From: Geosiphon pyriformis uo1
Taxonomy: Eukaryota; Fungi; Glomeromycota
Reading direction: 5' to 3'
Assembly: GCA_016748015.1 (NCBI GenBank)
Contig: JAAOMT010000523.1
Coordinates: 1,351,595-1,415,594 of the forward strand
Length of the DNA: 64,000 nt
Position numbers and translations under genes: made by a program. This document shows positions 23,125-34,928 of the stretch, piece after piece. The notes under the pieces were generated by a model. That model did no database searches. It had not been told where the DNA came from and was given only the letters and a program-made list of their open reading frames with translations. How positions within the stretch are numbered: position 1 is the stretch's first letter; each line of letters starts with the position of its first letter.

Positions 23125-25828
23125 TATTATTTTTTATTAAAGCTTAATAAATGAAGTTCAACTACTATCTAATATAAAGCCAAACTAAGTGGCTCAAACT
23201 AAACATAACTCATACACTTACTACATATGGCTAGCCATTCAGACCAGACAAAGCAACATTACACACCTATATGAACACAAACATTACCACCCAAATTAGA
23301 ATAAAAAAGACAAGGCTTTTGATGGCCAAAACTAACAGCAAAAGACTCAACAATACTGAGCATCCTGACTGCACCATCTGAAAAAATAGACACCAAACTA
23401 CAAGACAAATCTGACACTACACCCTTGTCTCCAACCAAACCAGTTTTCTCTATATAAACTCTAAATTTAAACCTCAACAACTATGCCCTAGAATGATATA
23501 ACTCCACCAGGTATTTTACAAAATTAACAACAGCAGAGATGGCTTTTTTTCTACAATTAAAAATCTCAATGGCCTCTGCAAATTTATCTCTAAGCACAAA
23601 TTCTTTGCACACAACAGCATAAATTTCAGAGTCTGATAAACAATAAAAAAGCATTTTCAAAATGACAGACAAAAAAAACAGACCAAAAACATCTGCCAAA
23701 ACAGCCCATTACATGAAAGCTTCTGCCAAAATCTCACTCTGAATACCAATATCTTGACCACAAATGAAAATGTGATCCAACAATTCTACTTTATCATACA
23801 ACAAGCACAGCATGCCAGGATAACTTTTATCATACAACCTTTTTTTAACAACCACAGACAACTACCAATGTACTACTTTCATCAAATAAGTACAAAAATT
23901 GGACAATATCTAACTTGTAAAACCAGCAAGCATGTGTAAGTCTAGATGTCAAACTTTTACAGTAATGTCCTAATTAATATTTATGACAAATAAACCAGGA
24001 ACCACATTACAGCCAAGATTAATCTTCCACCAAGCATAACAAACAGATTTAAAAATATTCTTGATGAAATAGTAAGTATTGTCAAAAACAGCAGTGTTCT
24101 TAGCCATTAAAAAACGTTTATGCACACCCATTGGCAAATAAAAAGAAGAACCAACAGTCATGCTAACAGCAGTATCTGCTTTATCATTACTACAAACTCC
24201 AGAATAATCTTTGACCTTAACCTAACTAATTGTGAGATCTTTATCCCTAATTAAATTAAAAATATGTCTTCTTTCAATCCAGCATTGGTTGTGGAAATTA
24301 AGTGTAGCCAATGCCACCTCTAAAACACATTCATCAATGGCAGCTTGGCTGTTGAAATGTAAAACCAAGGAACAAAAAGATGGCACACACTTCAAAGACA
24401 AAACAATAGTCTGCAACTTAGCCATAGTAAAAAAGACAAGGCCATGTACTCCAACACCAACACTCTTGTTCAATGCCAGAAAATATGCAGCAGCATCACT
24501 AATTACACTAGCAGAGCCAGTATTCCTCAATAAACCATCTGAATAAACCTTAAACAAACCAAACCAAACCTTATATAAATCATTTCACATCTTGACAAAC
24601 TCTCTAAAATTCAAAATACTCAACTTAGCTGGCTAAAAAGAAACAGACACAACTGGTAATAAAGAGCCATTACTGTACAGAAATCTTGATGTAACATCAA
24701 ACCAGTAAAGAACAGGACCTCTGGAATTCAATTTCTTTTACTGATAGAAGGTTTTCCAATTCATAACACAGCCTTTCTTATCAAAGAGTCTATCACCAAA
24801 AGCAACTCCAAAATGTTTCAAAAAATAAACAAAACTGAGATATAAAGCCTTTCCAAGAATTAATAACATAGAAAAAACACCAAGACTACAAAAAGCATTG
24901 GGCAAATTTTTTGCCAAAGACAACTCATTACTTAAAAAAATCTTAACCACACCAGCCAAAAAATTGTTTACAGAACTAACAAACAACTTAACAGAAAACT
25001 GCAAAGAATCCAGAGGAGCCCACTTCAAAACCTGCAAGTCCAAAAACTTATGATGAAATAACTGACCAATAATACCAGGAGCATTAGAAAATAAAACCAC
25101 AGAAGCCAATTTACTCTCCAATTGTACTTGCTTAAAAGACTTTACATTATATAATGACAGATGATGCAAAATCTTACTAAAAAAATCACATGACAAATAC
25201 ATCTTAGATTTAAGGCTCTTTTTGACTATAACATCTCACTTGTGACACATATTTGATAATATGAAACTAAACTGGGTCTTGTTATCAACAATGAATTGCA
25301 AAATAACAGACACCAAATAAGAAAATTGTTTGTCCGTAATAGTCTTCTTAAGCACCATATTTACAAAAAAATGCACATCTGAATGAGCTTTTGCCATACT
25401 TGGTTTAAACAATCCCTCAGTTGACAAAAAAATTCCCAGATACTTGTATGTTTTATTCTTTTTGGCTATTAATATAGACTGGCTACTGATACTCAAAGCA
25501 ACAATCTTAACACCCTGATTAATTAGAATAGCCACTGTCTTATCAGTATTAATAGAAATATTATTGATTGAAAAAAACTCACTGGTAATGTTCAAAGCAT
25601 ATTGTGTTGAAGCCAGACAATCACCAATCTAAATCATATCATTTATGAACACACCAGCCACAAAAAATGAAAACAAACCATTACTATTCTCAATTCTGCC
25701 AGTTTTTGTTACAAATTTAGTGTTAATTTGATAATCACACAAATGTTTATGTTGTTTGACCTCACACAAGAGTGGATCATAAAAGATTCTCCAAAGAAGA
25801 AGGGAGAAAACTTTACTCTAATTCAACT
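23125..25828 (-). mobile_element. 5'-truncated LINE (LINE-2): RT C-half, RNase H, zinc finger, 3' UTR
   Basis: Begins at (LDQG)KVFSLLLWRIFYDPLL; RNase H VYSDGLL..AKLQTI; same C-terminus VHIGV* and 3' UTR as LINE-1. Confidence 0.9.
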
Positions 25829-26257
25829 ATAATATTACTAAAATTGTTATTTAATAAAAAATTATTATTTAATATAAATATAATAATTAATATGTACTTT
25901 ATTTTAAAAAAAATACACATTTTAAAGATTTATTTATTATGTAAAAATTGAAAAATAAAACTATTTGAATAAATAAATAATATATAATTTTTTTATTTTA
26001 TTAATATTATCATTTAAATTTTTTTTCTTGAATTAAATACAGTATAAAACATTATAATTGTATTTGTTTTAAAGTAATATTCAATTAACTTTCTTTTTTC
26101 TATTCTAATTACTATAACAAATAATAAATCTAATATTAAATATATTAAAATAAATAAATTCAATTGAAATTATAATACTTTATTAGATTTATTATTATTA
26201 ATTGTGTCTTTAATGTAATTAAAAATAATATTAAAGAAAAAATATTTAAAAAAACAA

Positions 26258-27030
26258 TATTATGAATAGATTTTTGAGTAAGTATTAATAATTTCTGTAA
26301 TTTGGTGTTCAAATTAGTTAAAATATATTTTAAAAGTGTTTTAAAAATTTTGTATTAGAGTTTTTTGTATAATAAACAGAAATTTACTTAATAATAGTTA
26401 ATAATAATTTTAATAATTTTTTTGGCTTAGTAACTAGTTTATTTTAGTGTTTGTACTTTTTTAATAAGTAATCTTAGTTTTTAATTATATTCATGCTTTT
26501 TTCTGGCATTTTTTATTAAACAATTTTTAATATCATAATTTTAGTACTTTTTTATAATTAATTAGTAATTTTAACAAATATAATTAACAAATTAATATAG
26601 TAATTAATTAGTATCTTATCAATAACTATGATCAAGAATTATTGTTCTAGTTTTGTTTAAGTAATTATAATAAATTTAAATAACATTAATATAATTATAA
26701 TATTAGTTTTAACTTTAATAACTTTGAAATTATTTATGTAATAAATATAATAAAAGTTTATTAATAAGTTAATTAATTTGTAATTATTAATAAAATTAAA
26801 AGTAACTAAACTAATCTTAAAATTGAGTTTGTCTTTTTTTTAACTTATTAATTAATATATATACATAAATTTTTATAATACAAGATTTTTAAAATTTTTA
26901 CTATTTTTTTGAGTTATTGCTAAAATTTTTAATATTGTTACCAATAGAATTTTAGCTATTAATTAGCACGAAATTACTCTTATAATTCCTATTATTAATT
27001 AGTATATATTATTATAATTTCAATTATTAC
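26258..27030 (-). repeat. Highly decayed family-A LTR (ends approximate)
   Basis: Collinear LTR-A motifs: GTAATTTGGTGTTCAAA (26297), GAGTTTTTTGTATAATAAACAGA (26358), AATAACTATGATCAAGAATTATTGTTCTAG (26621), TATATATACATAA (26856). Confidence 0.7.
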
Positions 27031-27140
27031 TTATTATTTAATTAATTATCAAATATCATCATTTAATTAATAATCCGATTTGTACCATAAAAATTAAGAT
27101 GATCAAATTACACAATACTCTGAACCATTTAACATAGTCA

Positions 27141-27240
27141 AAATTCGCCGAAATTAATGAAAATTGGCCGAAATAATCAATAGTTTAGAGAAATAACTTG
27201 TAGTTTACTAAAATGTATCTTTAGTTTGCCGAAATTGTAG
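27141..27240. repeat. Five ~20-bp tandem units with core GCCGAAAT
   Basis: GCCGAAAT at 27147, 27167 and 27228; degenerate units at 27181 and 27201. Confidence 0.6.
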
Positions 27241-30200
27241 CAAAGAGAAAAGTGCAAGTTCAAAGACTAGTATTATAGCAAGTTGTATAAAAAAAGAGCT
27301 TCTTTCTTCAAGAAAATGTATTTTACCATAGTATTTTACTTTAGATATCTTAATTAAAACAAATCACTTTTTACATATCTCAAATAAAAATTAAATATTT
27401 GAAAACCCAATTCTTTGATTATTACACTTGAAATTCCTTTAAACACAACTAACATTTTAAAATTGATTAGCTACCAATTTCAGTAATCTGTTAGTAATTT
27501 TAGGCCTGAATAAAAAACGTTTCTCTTAATAAAACTCTACTTCTTTTACATTTCTTTTATTTTTTTTTTCTTTTCTTATTATAATTATTAGAATAGTCTA
27601 CAGACAAGATTCCTGTAGAAGAGTTGACTTTTACAGCAAAGTAACTACACATTTTAGTGAACTTCCGGACAAGCAATTTTTGGAAAAAAGTTGATGTTTA
27701 CTACAACATAACTACATAAAATAACTGGCACAGAATTGGCCATTTTACTTATAAGCCCAGCAATTCAAATTATAGGAGATAATTTGAAGATAAATTCAGT
27801 TATTGGAGGTTCAACTACTTCTAGAAAACGTGAATTTACAGCAAATAAACATTAATAACATCCAAGAAAAGAAACCAAAAACTTTTGGTAACATTTAATG
27901 CTTTCTTATGGAAATAATACAGCAATAACAACTTCAAAGTAGTAATCACACCAGACACAACTACTCTAGAGTATTATTAGTTAATTTACACTCACTACAA
28001 GCAAAGATTTAACATCCAAGATGGAATTGAAGTTTTCAAGAAAACATTATACCAATATATTAAAAACTGCATCAACAATTATTTTTTTGGAAATTACAAC
28101 ATTTCAAAAGTTAGAAGCAGCCTCTACCATAATTTACTGTATTATTCACAATTGGAAACTGAAAACCTTAATAGTAAAACACTTGACACCTACTTTCAAG
28201 AACTTAACTTTAGCATTATTTAGTATTATGAAGAAAAATATTCAGTACAGTCCAAATATCTTATTGACTTTGAATCAGAAACAGAAACAAGCAACAAAGG
28301 CAAACAAATTGAAACAATACTCAAAAATCACTCCAACCATTTCAAAAACACCAAAAATAACTGCCAAACACTTGCAAACTTCAGAACAAAGAACCAGCAC
28401 CAAACTTCCACTTTCAGTTATATTATTTTCAATTTTATTTGCTCAATTATAAACACCAAATTCACCACTTATCTGTTTCTTAAGATTAGAAGATTTTCAG
28501 TCATTTAAAAGTTCTATTCAACAGCAGAAACCAATATTAACCAGCACCAATATTTTCGACTACTTGAAAGAAAATCAAAGTCATTATTTAAAGAACTTAG
28601 AAAATGAAAAAATCGAATTAGAACAAGAAAAAATTACCAAAACTGAAGAAGAAATAACAACTGCTTATATTGCAAAGATTCCTGAATTTACTGGTAAAAA
28701 TAATAATATCAGTTCACAAGAATGGCTTGACAAAATCCAGAAAGTAAAAGATGCAAACAGATGGACTGCCACCAGAATGCTCAAAGCAATTCCTTATTTT
28801 CTTTAAGAAACTATAAGTGAATAATTCAAAAACTTGGCTGAACTTTTTGAAGATTGGCAAGCATTTAAAATTGCTTTTCTAAAACAATTTACTGACAACA
28901 ACACTTCTATTATACTCTGAAACTGATTCTAAAACATCAAACAAAAACCATCTAAATCTGTTATAACTTATCTTAAAAAATTCAACAAACTTTTTAGACA
29001 AATTCAACAATTAAAAACCAATGACTATTACTCCAATACTCAGATTCTGGATCAGTTTATTGCAGGATTGAAAGACAAACTTATTAAAAAAGTTTGCTTA
29101 CATGCTTCAGAAGACTTAGTTATAGCCATTCAATATGCAAAAAATTATGAAATAACAATAAAAAAAGCAAACTACACCAAACGTGTTAACCTAACAATTG
29201 GAAAAACCAGCTCAGCAGCTGAAAAAAAAATAGATCAACTTACAAGAAGAGTTAAAAACTACTTTACAAACCAACAACACTAGTAGTAACAACCACAAAG
29301 ATATTAATCATCATAATAACAAAATCAAAACAATTTTGAATTACTATCTAACAACCAACCTTAAAATTGTTATTATTGTGGAATTCCAGAACACTGGAAA
29401 TGAGATTGCAGGAAATTGCAAAGAGACCAACAAAACAAAAATAAATAGCATTACTTTTTACCACAACAATTTTATTACCAACTTCTACTACCAACTTATT
29501 ACTCACCAAAATCACAAAATCAAAACAGTTACTATCAACATATTTTACAACCAATGTAGCAACAATATTAGCAATCTTTACCAATTCAGCAATATTAAGC
29601 ATTATTCACTTAACAATATCAAATACCAGCTCAAAAATTGATTCACCAAAACCAATTTACATCTCAAAATCAATTTCAGAATAATAACAACAGAATCAAT
29701 TCAAACAACCAGTTGGTTTCTTAAAATTCTGGTCAGCAAAGACCCAATCACTACCACACTCAATCTAGTTATTTCATAATACTTGAAAAACAGAATTTTC
29801 AACAAACTGCACTTTTTAAAAGTAAAGCTGCAATGCCAAAATCAAATCCTTTTAACAATACCATTTAACCAGCCCAAATTGCCCAAAATACCAATCTTTC
29901 AGATATATTCCCATTCGAATTTAAAGCAAATAAATCACCATTTTTGCTTAGTAATACAGCAATCAATAAACAAAAAGCAATCACAACTATGTATACTAAA
30001 GCTGAAGTAAAAAAAAAACCAATTTGATTAATTCTAAACAGTAGATCTGCTGGAAATATCATTACTTACTAGCTGATAGTATGAAGAAGACTCCAGTAAG
30101 AAAAATTAACAACTTTCCTTTTACAATTGATAAAATCACCATTTCAATCAAAGTTCTTGTTATGGATGCACCCTAATATCAAGCTCTTATTGGAAATAAT

Positions 30201-30459
30201 TGGCTTCTTAAAACCAATACAAACTTGGACTGAAAAACTTGGGAACTCAAAATTTCATATCAAGAACAATATACCATAGTACCTGCTACTTGTAGTACTT
30301 TTAACAAATGATCAGAAAAAGCTCTGGTGTTTGAATTTGAGAAGAAAAAGAAAATGTTATTTACTAAAACTTATATAGCTCTTGGATCAACATTCAATTA
30401 GATTGAAAAAACAGAACAAAAAATTTTCAAAAAAACAAGGAAAAAAAAAAACCACTACC

Positions 30460-30920
30460 AGAAGAGAAAAAATTGGTAGCAAAATGGATAAGTATTTACT
30501 GGAAAGCATAACAACAGCAATACTTATACCTTCTATGACAATTGAAAAAATGATTAAGGAAATCTTGTCCATAGACAAAAACTTGTTATATGGAAGACAA
30601 CTAGAACTCTATAGTCATCTTAGTAAAATCATAGAAAAAATGAAGCTCATGAAGAAAACAACTTCAGAGATACAAGTGGAAATTTTGGGCATTATACATT
30701 TAGATGTCCCAAGAGTTTTGACTATTGCAAGAAGAGCCAAAACTCTTATACAAAGATTTGGTCTCTTGGATACAAAGCTTATTTTGCCTCAAATACTATA
30801 CATTCTATCCACAAAAGACTTCAACAAACTAGTTAGGTTTGAGTTAGACAAAACCCTTTAATTAGAATACTCTATAAATAGCTTGATTTTGCTGGAGCTC
30901 AATTTCTTTGGAAAGGATAA
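30460..30920 (+). pseudogene. Family-B ORF3 (unknown function) before the PPT
   Basis: Open stretch MDKYLL..MTIEKMIKEIL..FELDKTL; after a stop/frameshift it ends LDFAGAQFLWKG*, matching the A-family ORF3 ending LDFxGAQ. Confidence 0.5.
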
Positions 30921-31574
30921 TATTATGGTTGAAACTCATAATTTTTATTAATTATTACATGTATTAGTTACTGATATCATATAATTAGCCACTCTATTTT
31001 TAGATAGTAATTATTAACCTAATCATTGACTTAGTTATTGACCTAATCATTGACCACTTTCAATAGCTATATAAGCAATGAGTCTCTTAGCTATAGAAAA
31101 TCATCTCTCAGACAAGAATTAAATAAATAAAAATAACAACTTTCCTCTCAATTACTCTCTTATCACTAATTTTTCTTTTCTTATCTTCAAGTATCTGAAC
31201 ATCTTAGGATAAAAAATTACTTGTTGGCCTTTTCCTGACGTATATAATTGTAGTATTTGAAGATTATTTGAATAAATATGACTGAAAAGCACAAGTTGAT
31301 ACCTGATATTGAATTCTAAGAACACTGATGTAAGGCATAGAATTATACCAATGGTGATCAATTGTTAATAGTATGGACTATCCTTTTACCTTCAGATTCT
31401 CCAGTTATCTTTGAAAAGAATAGTAACTGAGATATTTTATGAAACTGATCTTGCACATTGAATCCATACTCATTTAATTTGTTCATTGAAATTAAATTCC
31501 CTTTGATTATTTCTATCACCCTACAATTCTGTTCTCCCTTGCTATCCATTAGCTTGTTATTCTAACCCGTAACA
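30921..31574 (+). repeat. 3' LTR of family B (654 bp)
   Basis: Starts TATTATGG (eroded TGTTACGG) right after the PPT and ends CCGTAACA, an 8-bp terminal inverted repeat. A homologous solo copy is at 14438-21859. Confidence 0.85.
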
Positions 31575-34353
31575 ATATAACTATTAGAATACCAAACCAA
31601 ATTGTTTTTATTTGATTAAAGTTTTTAATCAAAAAAAGATTCAAATATTTAGAAATATATTTGCTTTTTTATTAAATTACATTACAAATTTTTAATAAAA
31701 TATCAAGTATTTATAAAGATTATTTTGTTATTAGCCATTAAAAACCTTTTATTAACTTAAACAAAAAGCAAAAATCTTGATAACATATTATTATATGCTA
31801 AAAAATCAATTATTTTATTATTTAAAACATTAGAATATCTCTTAACTTTTAATTATTTAACATTAATTTCTTTTTTTAACTATTAAATTATAAATATAAT
31901 GTTTTTAATCCAACATTTATTGCAAAAATCAGATCTGAACAAGCCAAATTCCATATTATATGTATCTAGTAATGCCTAATTATCTGTAAAATAAAAATAA
32001 AAATAAAAATTTGTATTATATTAGAAATTATATATATTAATATGTTTATATATATTTTTTAAATTAAAAAAGAAATTTATTGTTGATTTTTATGTACCAA
32101 AATCATTATGTTATTGTTATTAAAAATGAATTTTTAAAGTTTTGGTGTGGGTGTAATTTTTTAAATATTTTTTCTATTACAGTTACTTAAATTAAAATTA
32201 TCAAAAAGAATCATTAATCTGTTTTTTTATCTATCATCTGATATCGTGATGCTCGGTGACGTTTAATTGACGCCCATCAAACTTTAAAACGGTACACCTC
32301 TTATCGCCGATATCTCAACGTGTTAAGCAAAGTCTGGTTTGAATGGTCTCATAATGATTCAAAATTTCGTTATCATGTGTCAAATTTTTATCATGATCGT
32401 ATTGAGTGATCAACTTACATATAGAGGTTAAACACCTGGCTCTAAATCAAAATTTGGTTGGTGGAATACTATGATATCGAAGAAACTCTAGTTAATACGC
32501 TGCAGTAAAATTTTGCATTCATTAACGCCCGAGCGCAAAATTGTTAATTGAGATAAAGTTATCGAAAGATTTTTTTTGCCTCGTGAATTTCTTCTTCACA
32601 GCTTGGCTCAATCATTTGCCATTCATTGCCATATTGATAAAATATGATATCCCCAGGAGAAAATTGCATTATAATACTTACAATATATCCGATTTCTTTT
32701 ACTTGAGCATTCATCTTAAGCCTTTCTTGGCCTAATTAGAATTGTTTTTTTTTAGGGAAAGAATAGATTTAAAAGAGTAAAATTCAATTACATTTATTAT
32801 TTCTTGAAAATAAATGCGGGAATTCGGCGTTCTATCAACATCTAGAAAGTCTGCAACGCTAACAATTAAGCTTTACCGGGGATTTTCTGCAGATGAAAGC
32901 GCTTAGACATTGTAGTGGCCAATACTTTTCACACCTTGAATTCAAAAAGAGTATTCGATTTCGTAGGGTCACGAGGACGAAAAAAGGTGGTGATAAACTA
33001 GACTTTCCTTTCTTAAAGTTGTTTTACCATTATTTTGGTAAGTCTACTAATGCTGATCTTAATAATAATAGCTCTTGTTTAAGATCCTGCGGGAAAAAGC
33101 AGATAGTAACAATGGTTTGCATATATATTCCGAGCAGCAAAAAATTCAGATTTCAACTTTTTGTCATCATAGAATCCAAAGTGAGCCATCCTAGTCACGA
33201 TGATTTGAAACTTTTCTCGCCCATCTGCAGAAACGCAAAATTATCTATTTGACCCATTGCATTGTATTTATATGAACTTGTCCTACAGTAAGTTTTCATA
33301 CTTTTCGCTTTCGAAAAATTTTCACTTGTAATTTGGTCATATGTTACGCTGTACAACTCTTTTCGGAGAACAACGCCTTCTATGGTTAATCAAACCCCAT
33401 TAACAACACTTAAAGGAAAACAAACAATTTCAAAGAGCTAGCGTCTTTATATTTAATCACAATAGGTTACTTCTTTCTATTTCTGGATAGATACCAGTAA
33501 ACGAGTTTCGAAACCAGGGTCATGTTCATGATATTCTTAATCTCCCGCGCGTGCGAATGCACGAGCTTTGAACTTGAACGCTAAGGAATCATCAACCAAA
33601 TTTAGCACAACAATAGAACTGGCAGCCTTAAGAAGCAACTTGAAGCCAAAGTAGTTGAATTTTTCAATGATGTTAATTAGAGTAAGAAATTCTCGGCCTT
33701 TATTATTACAGTATTCACCTTGAACCTGGACACATTTGAAACTTAATTATACAACGGCTATCATCACCCCTCTGAGGTTACCCACCCTCCGAGAGCTGGG
33801 CAATGGTTAACTGTGTAACCAGAAAGAAACCAAACTAAAATAAATTGTTCTGGGGTCTTTGTGGGATTTTCGTTGGTCCAGACTTTTATCGCTTTTGGCG
33901 GTAGAAGTTGCGGGGGTGGGGGGTGGACGTCAAAATGCAGTGGAAGAAAATGTCAAAAAAAAAACTGTAAAAACGGGAGGTGTGAAAAGCGTCAGAAACG
34001 TAGAAAGAACAAAAACGAAGTGAAAGGCGAACGGGGCTCGGGTATATTGTAGCTTGTGTTTATTTCAAGAAAAACAAACATTTTCGAACGACCTTTATCA
34101 AACCAAATATCTTTAACTTTTTCTGTGGGAATGCATAATCTGTGTTACGTGACATTAGCTTAATTCTATTATCATCAACCAGTAATCATCCCTTTTCATA
34201 ATCATAATAGCTGTTGGGGAATTGTAGAATATATAAATATGACCAATCTCAAGTTAACTGCTGCCCAAGTTTTGTCTTTGTTCTTTCTCCGCTCAGTTTA
34301 AAACAAAAGGCTCCGTTGAGAAAAACACAGCTTTATTCAAACTTTTACTAACT

Positions 34354-34359
34354 CACGTG
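34354..34359. promoter_or_regulatory. CACGTG E-box upstream of the IP6K gene (bHLH Pho4/Cbf1-type site)
   Basis: TCACGTGT at 34353-34360, ~570 bp upstream of the ATG; single site only. Confidence 0.3.
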
Positions 34360-34549
34360 TGCGCATACACACTAACTGTGTAAGCTCAATTACTTCTCGG
34401 CGAATTTCTTGATTCTTTAACGACTATATACTTGTGATAGAAAACTTATTTCCCATTCCTAATCTTCAAGTCAGGCGACCTAGAAATTCTTAAGTTACTC
34501 TATCCAGCACTTGTGTTATCACGATTTGACGGGTTCTTCTCCATAGCAG

Positions 34550-34659
34550 GTAGCTATTTCAACTTCTATTCGGGGTTTTCCTTCTGATAAATGCAAATCA
34601 AAGGCTTGAGCCTTTTATCGAAGGGTTTAACTAATGTTTGATAACTTGTTAAATTTTAG
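34550..34659 (+). other. Probable 5'-UTR intron of the IP6K gene
   Basis: CAG|GTAGCT donor, CTAAT branch site (34631), TTTTAG| acceptor. Confidence 0.45.
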
Positions 34660-34928
34660 GTCCTTTTTCTGGCTCAATATTAGTGAAAAAACCCTCAAAT
34701 TTCACACCATCCCTTCTCGTCAAAACATAGCACTGGTATACAGAATTTCAGATCAAAGAACTGTTAGCTTTTTGTAATTTTTTAAAACGAAGGGATTTAA
34801 AAAAATTAAACTTATATACTAAAATATACTATAAATATATAGCAAATATAATACTAAGTATAGTACTCAGAACATTGAATATAAAAGACCCTCAAGATAC
34901 ATATTTATCGAACCCCGATATCGTTTCG

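Larger units (their letters stand above)
27600..31574 (+). mobile_element. Gypsy family B, pol-deleted: gag + protease + unrelated ORF3 + 3' LTR; 5' LTR not found
   Basis: Capsid AYIAKIPEFTG..EWLDKI..AIPYFL; knuckle CYYCGIPEHWK*DC (~29368); PR ILNSRSAGNII and ALIGNNWL. No RT, RH or INT. PPT GAAAGGATAA at 30911-30920. Confidence 0.85.

Noticed and set aside
32893-34052. Short ORFs 32893-33252 and 33861-34052 as genes
   Set aside because: No recognisable motifs; one has a non-ATG start and low complexity. Consistent with promoter/intergenic DNA.
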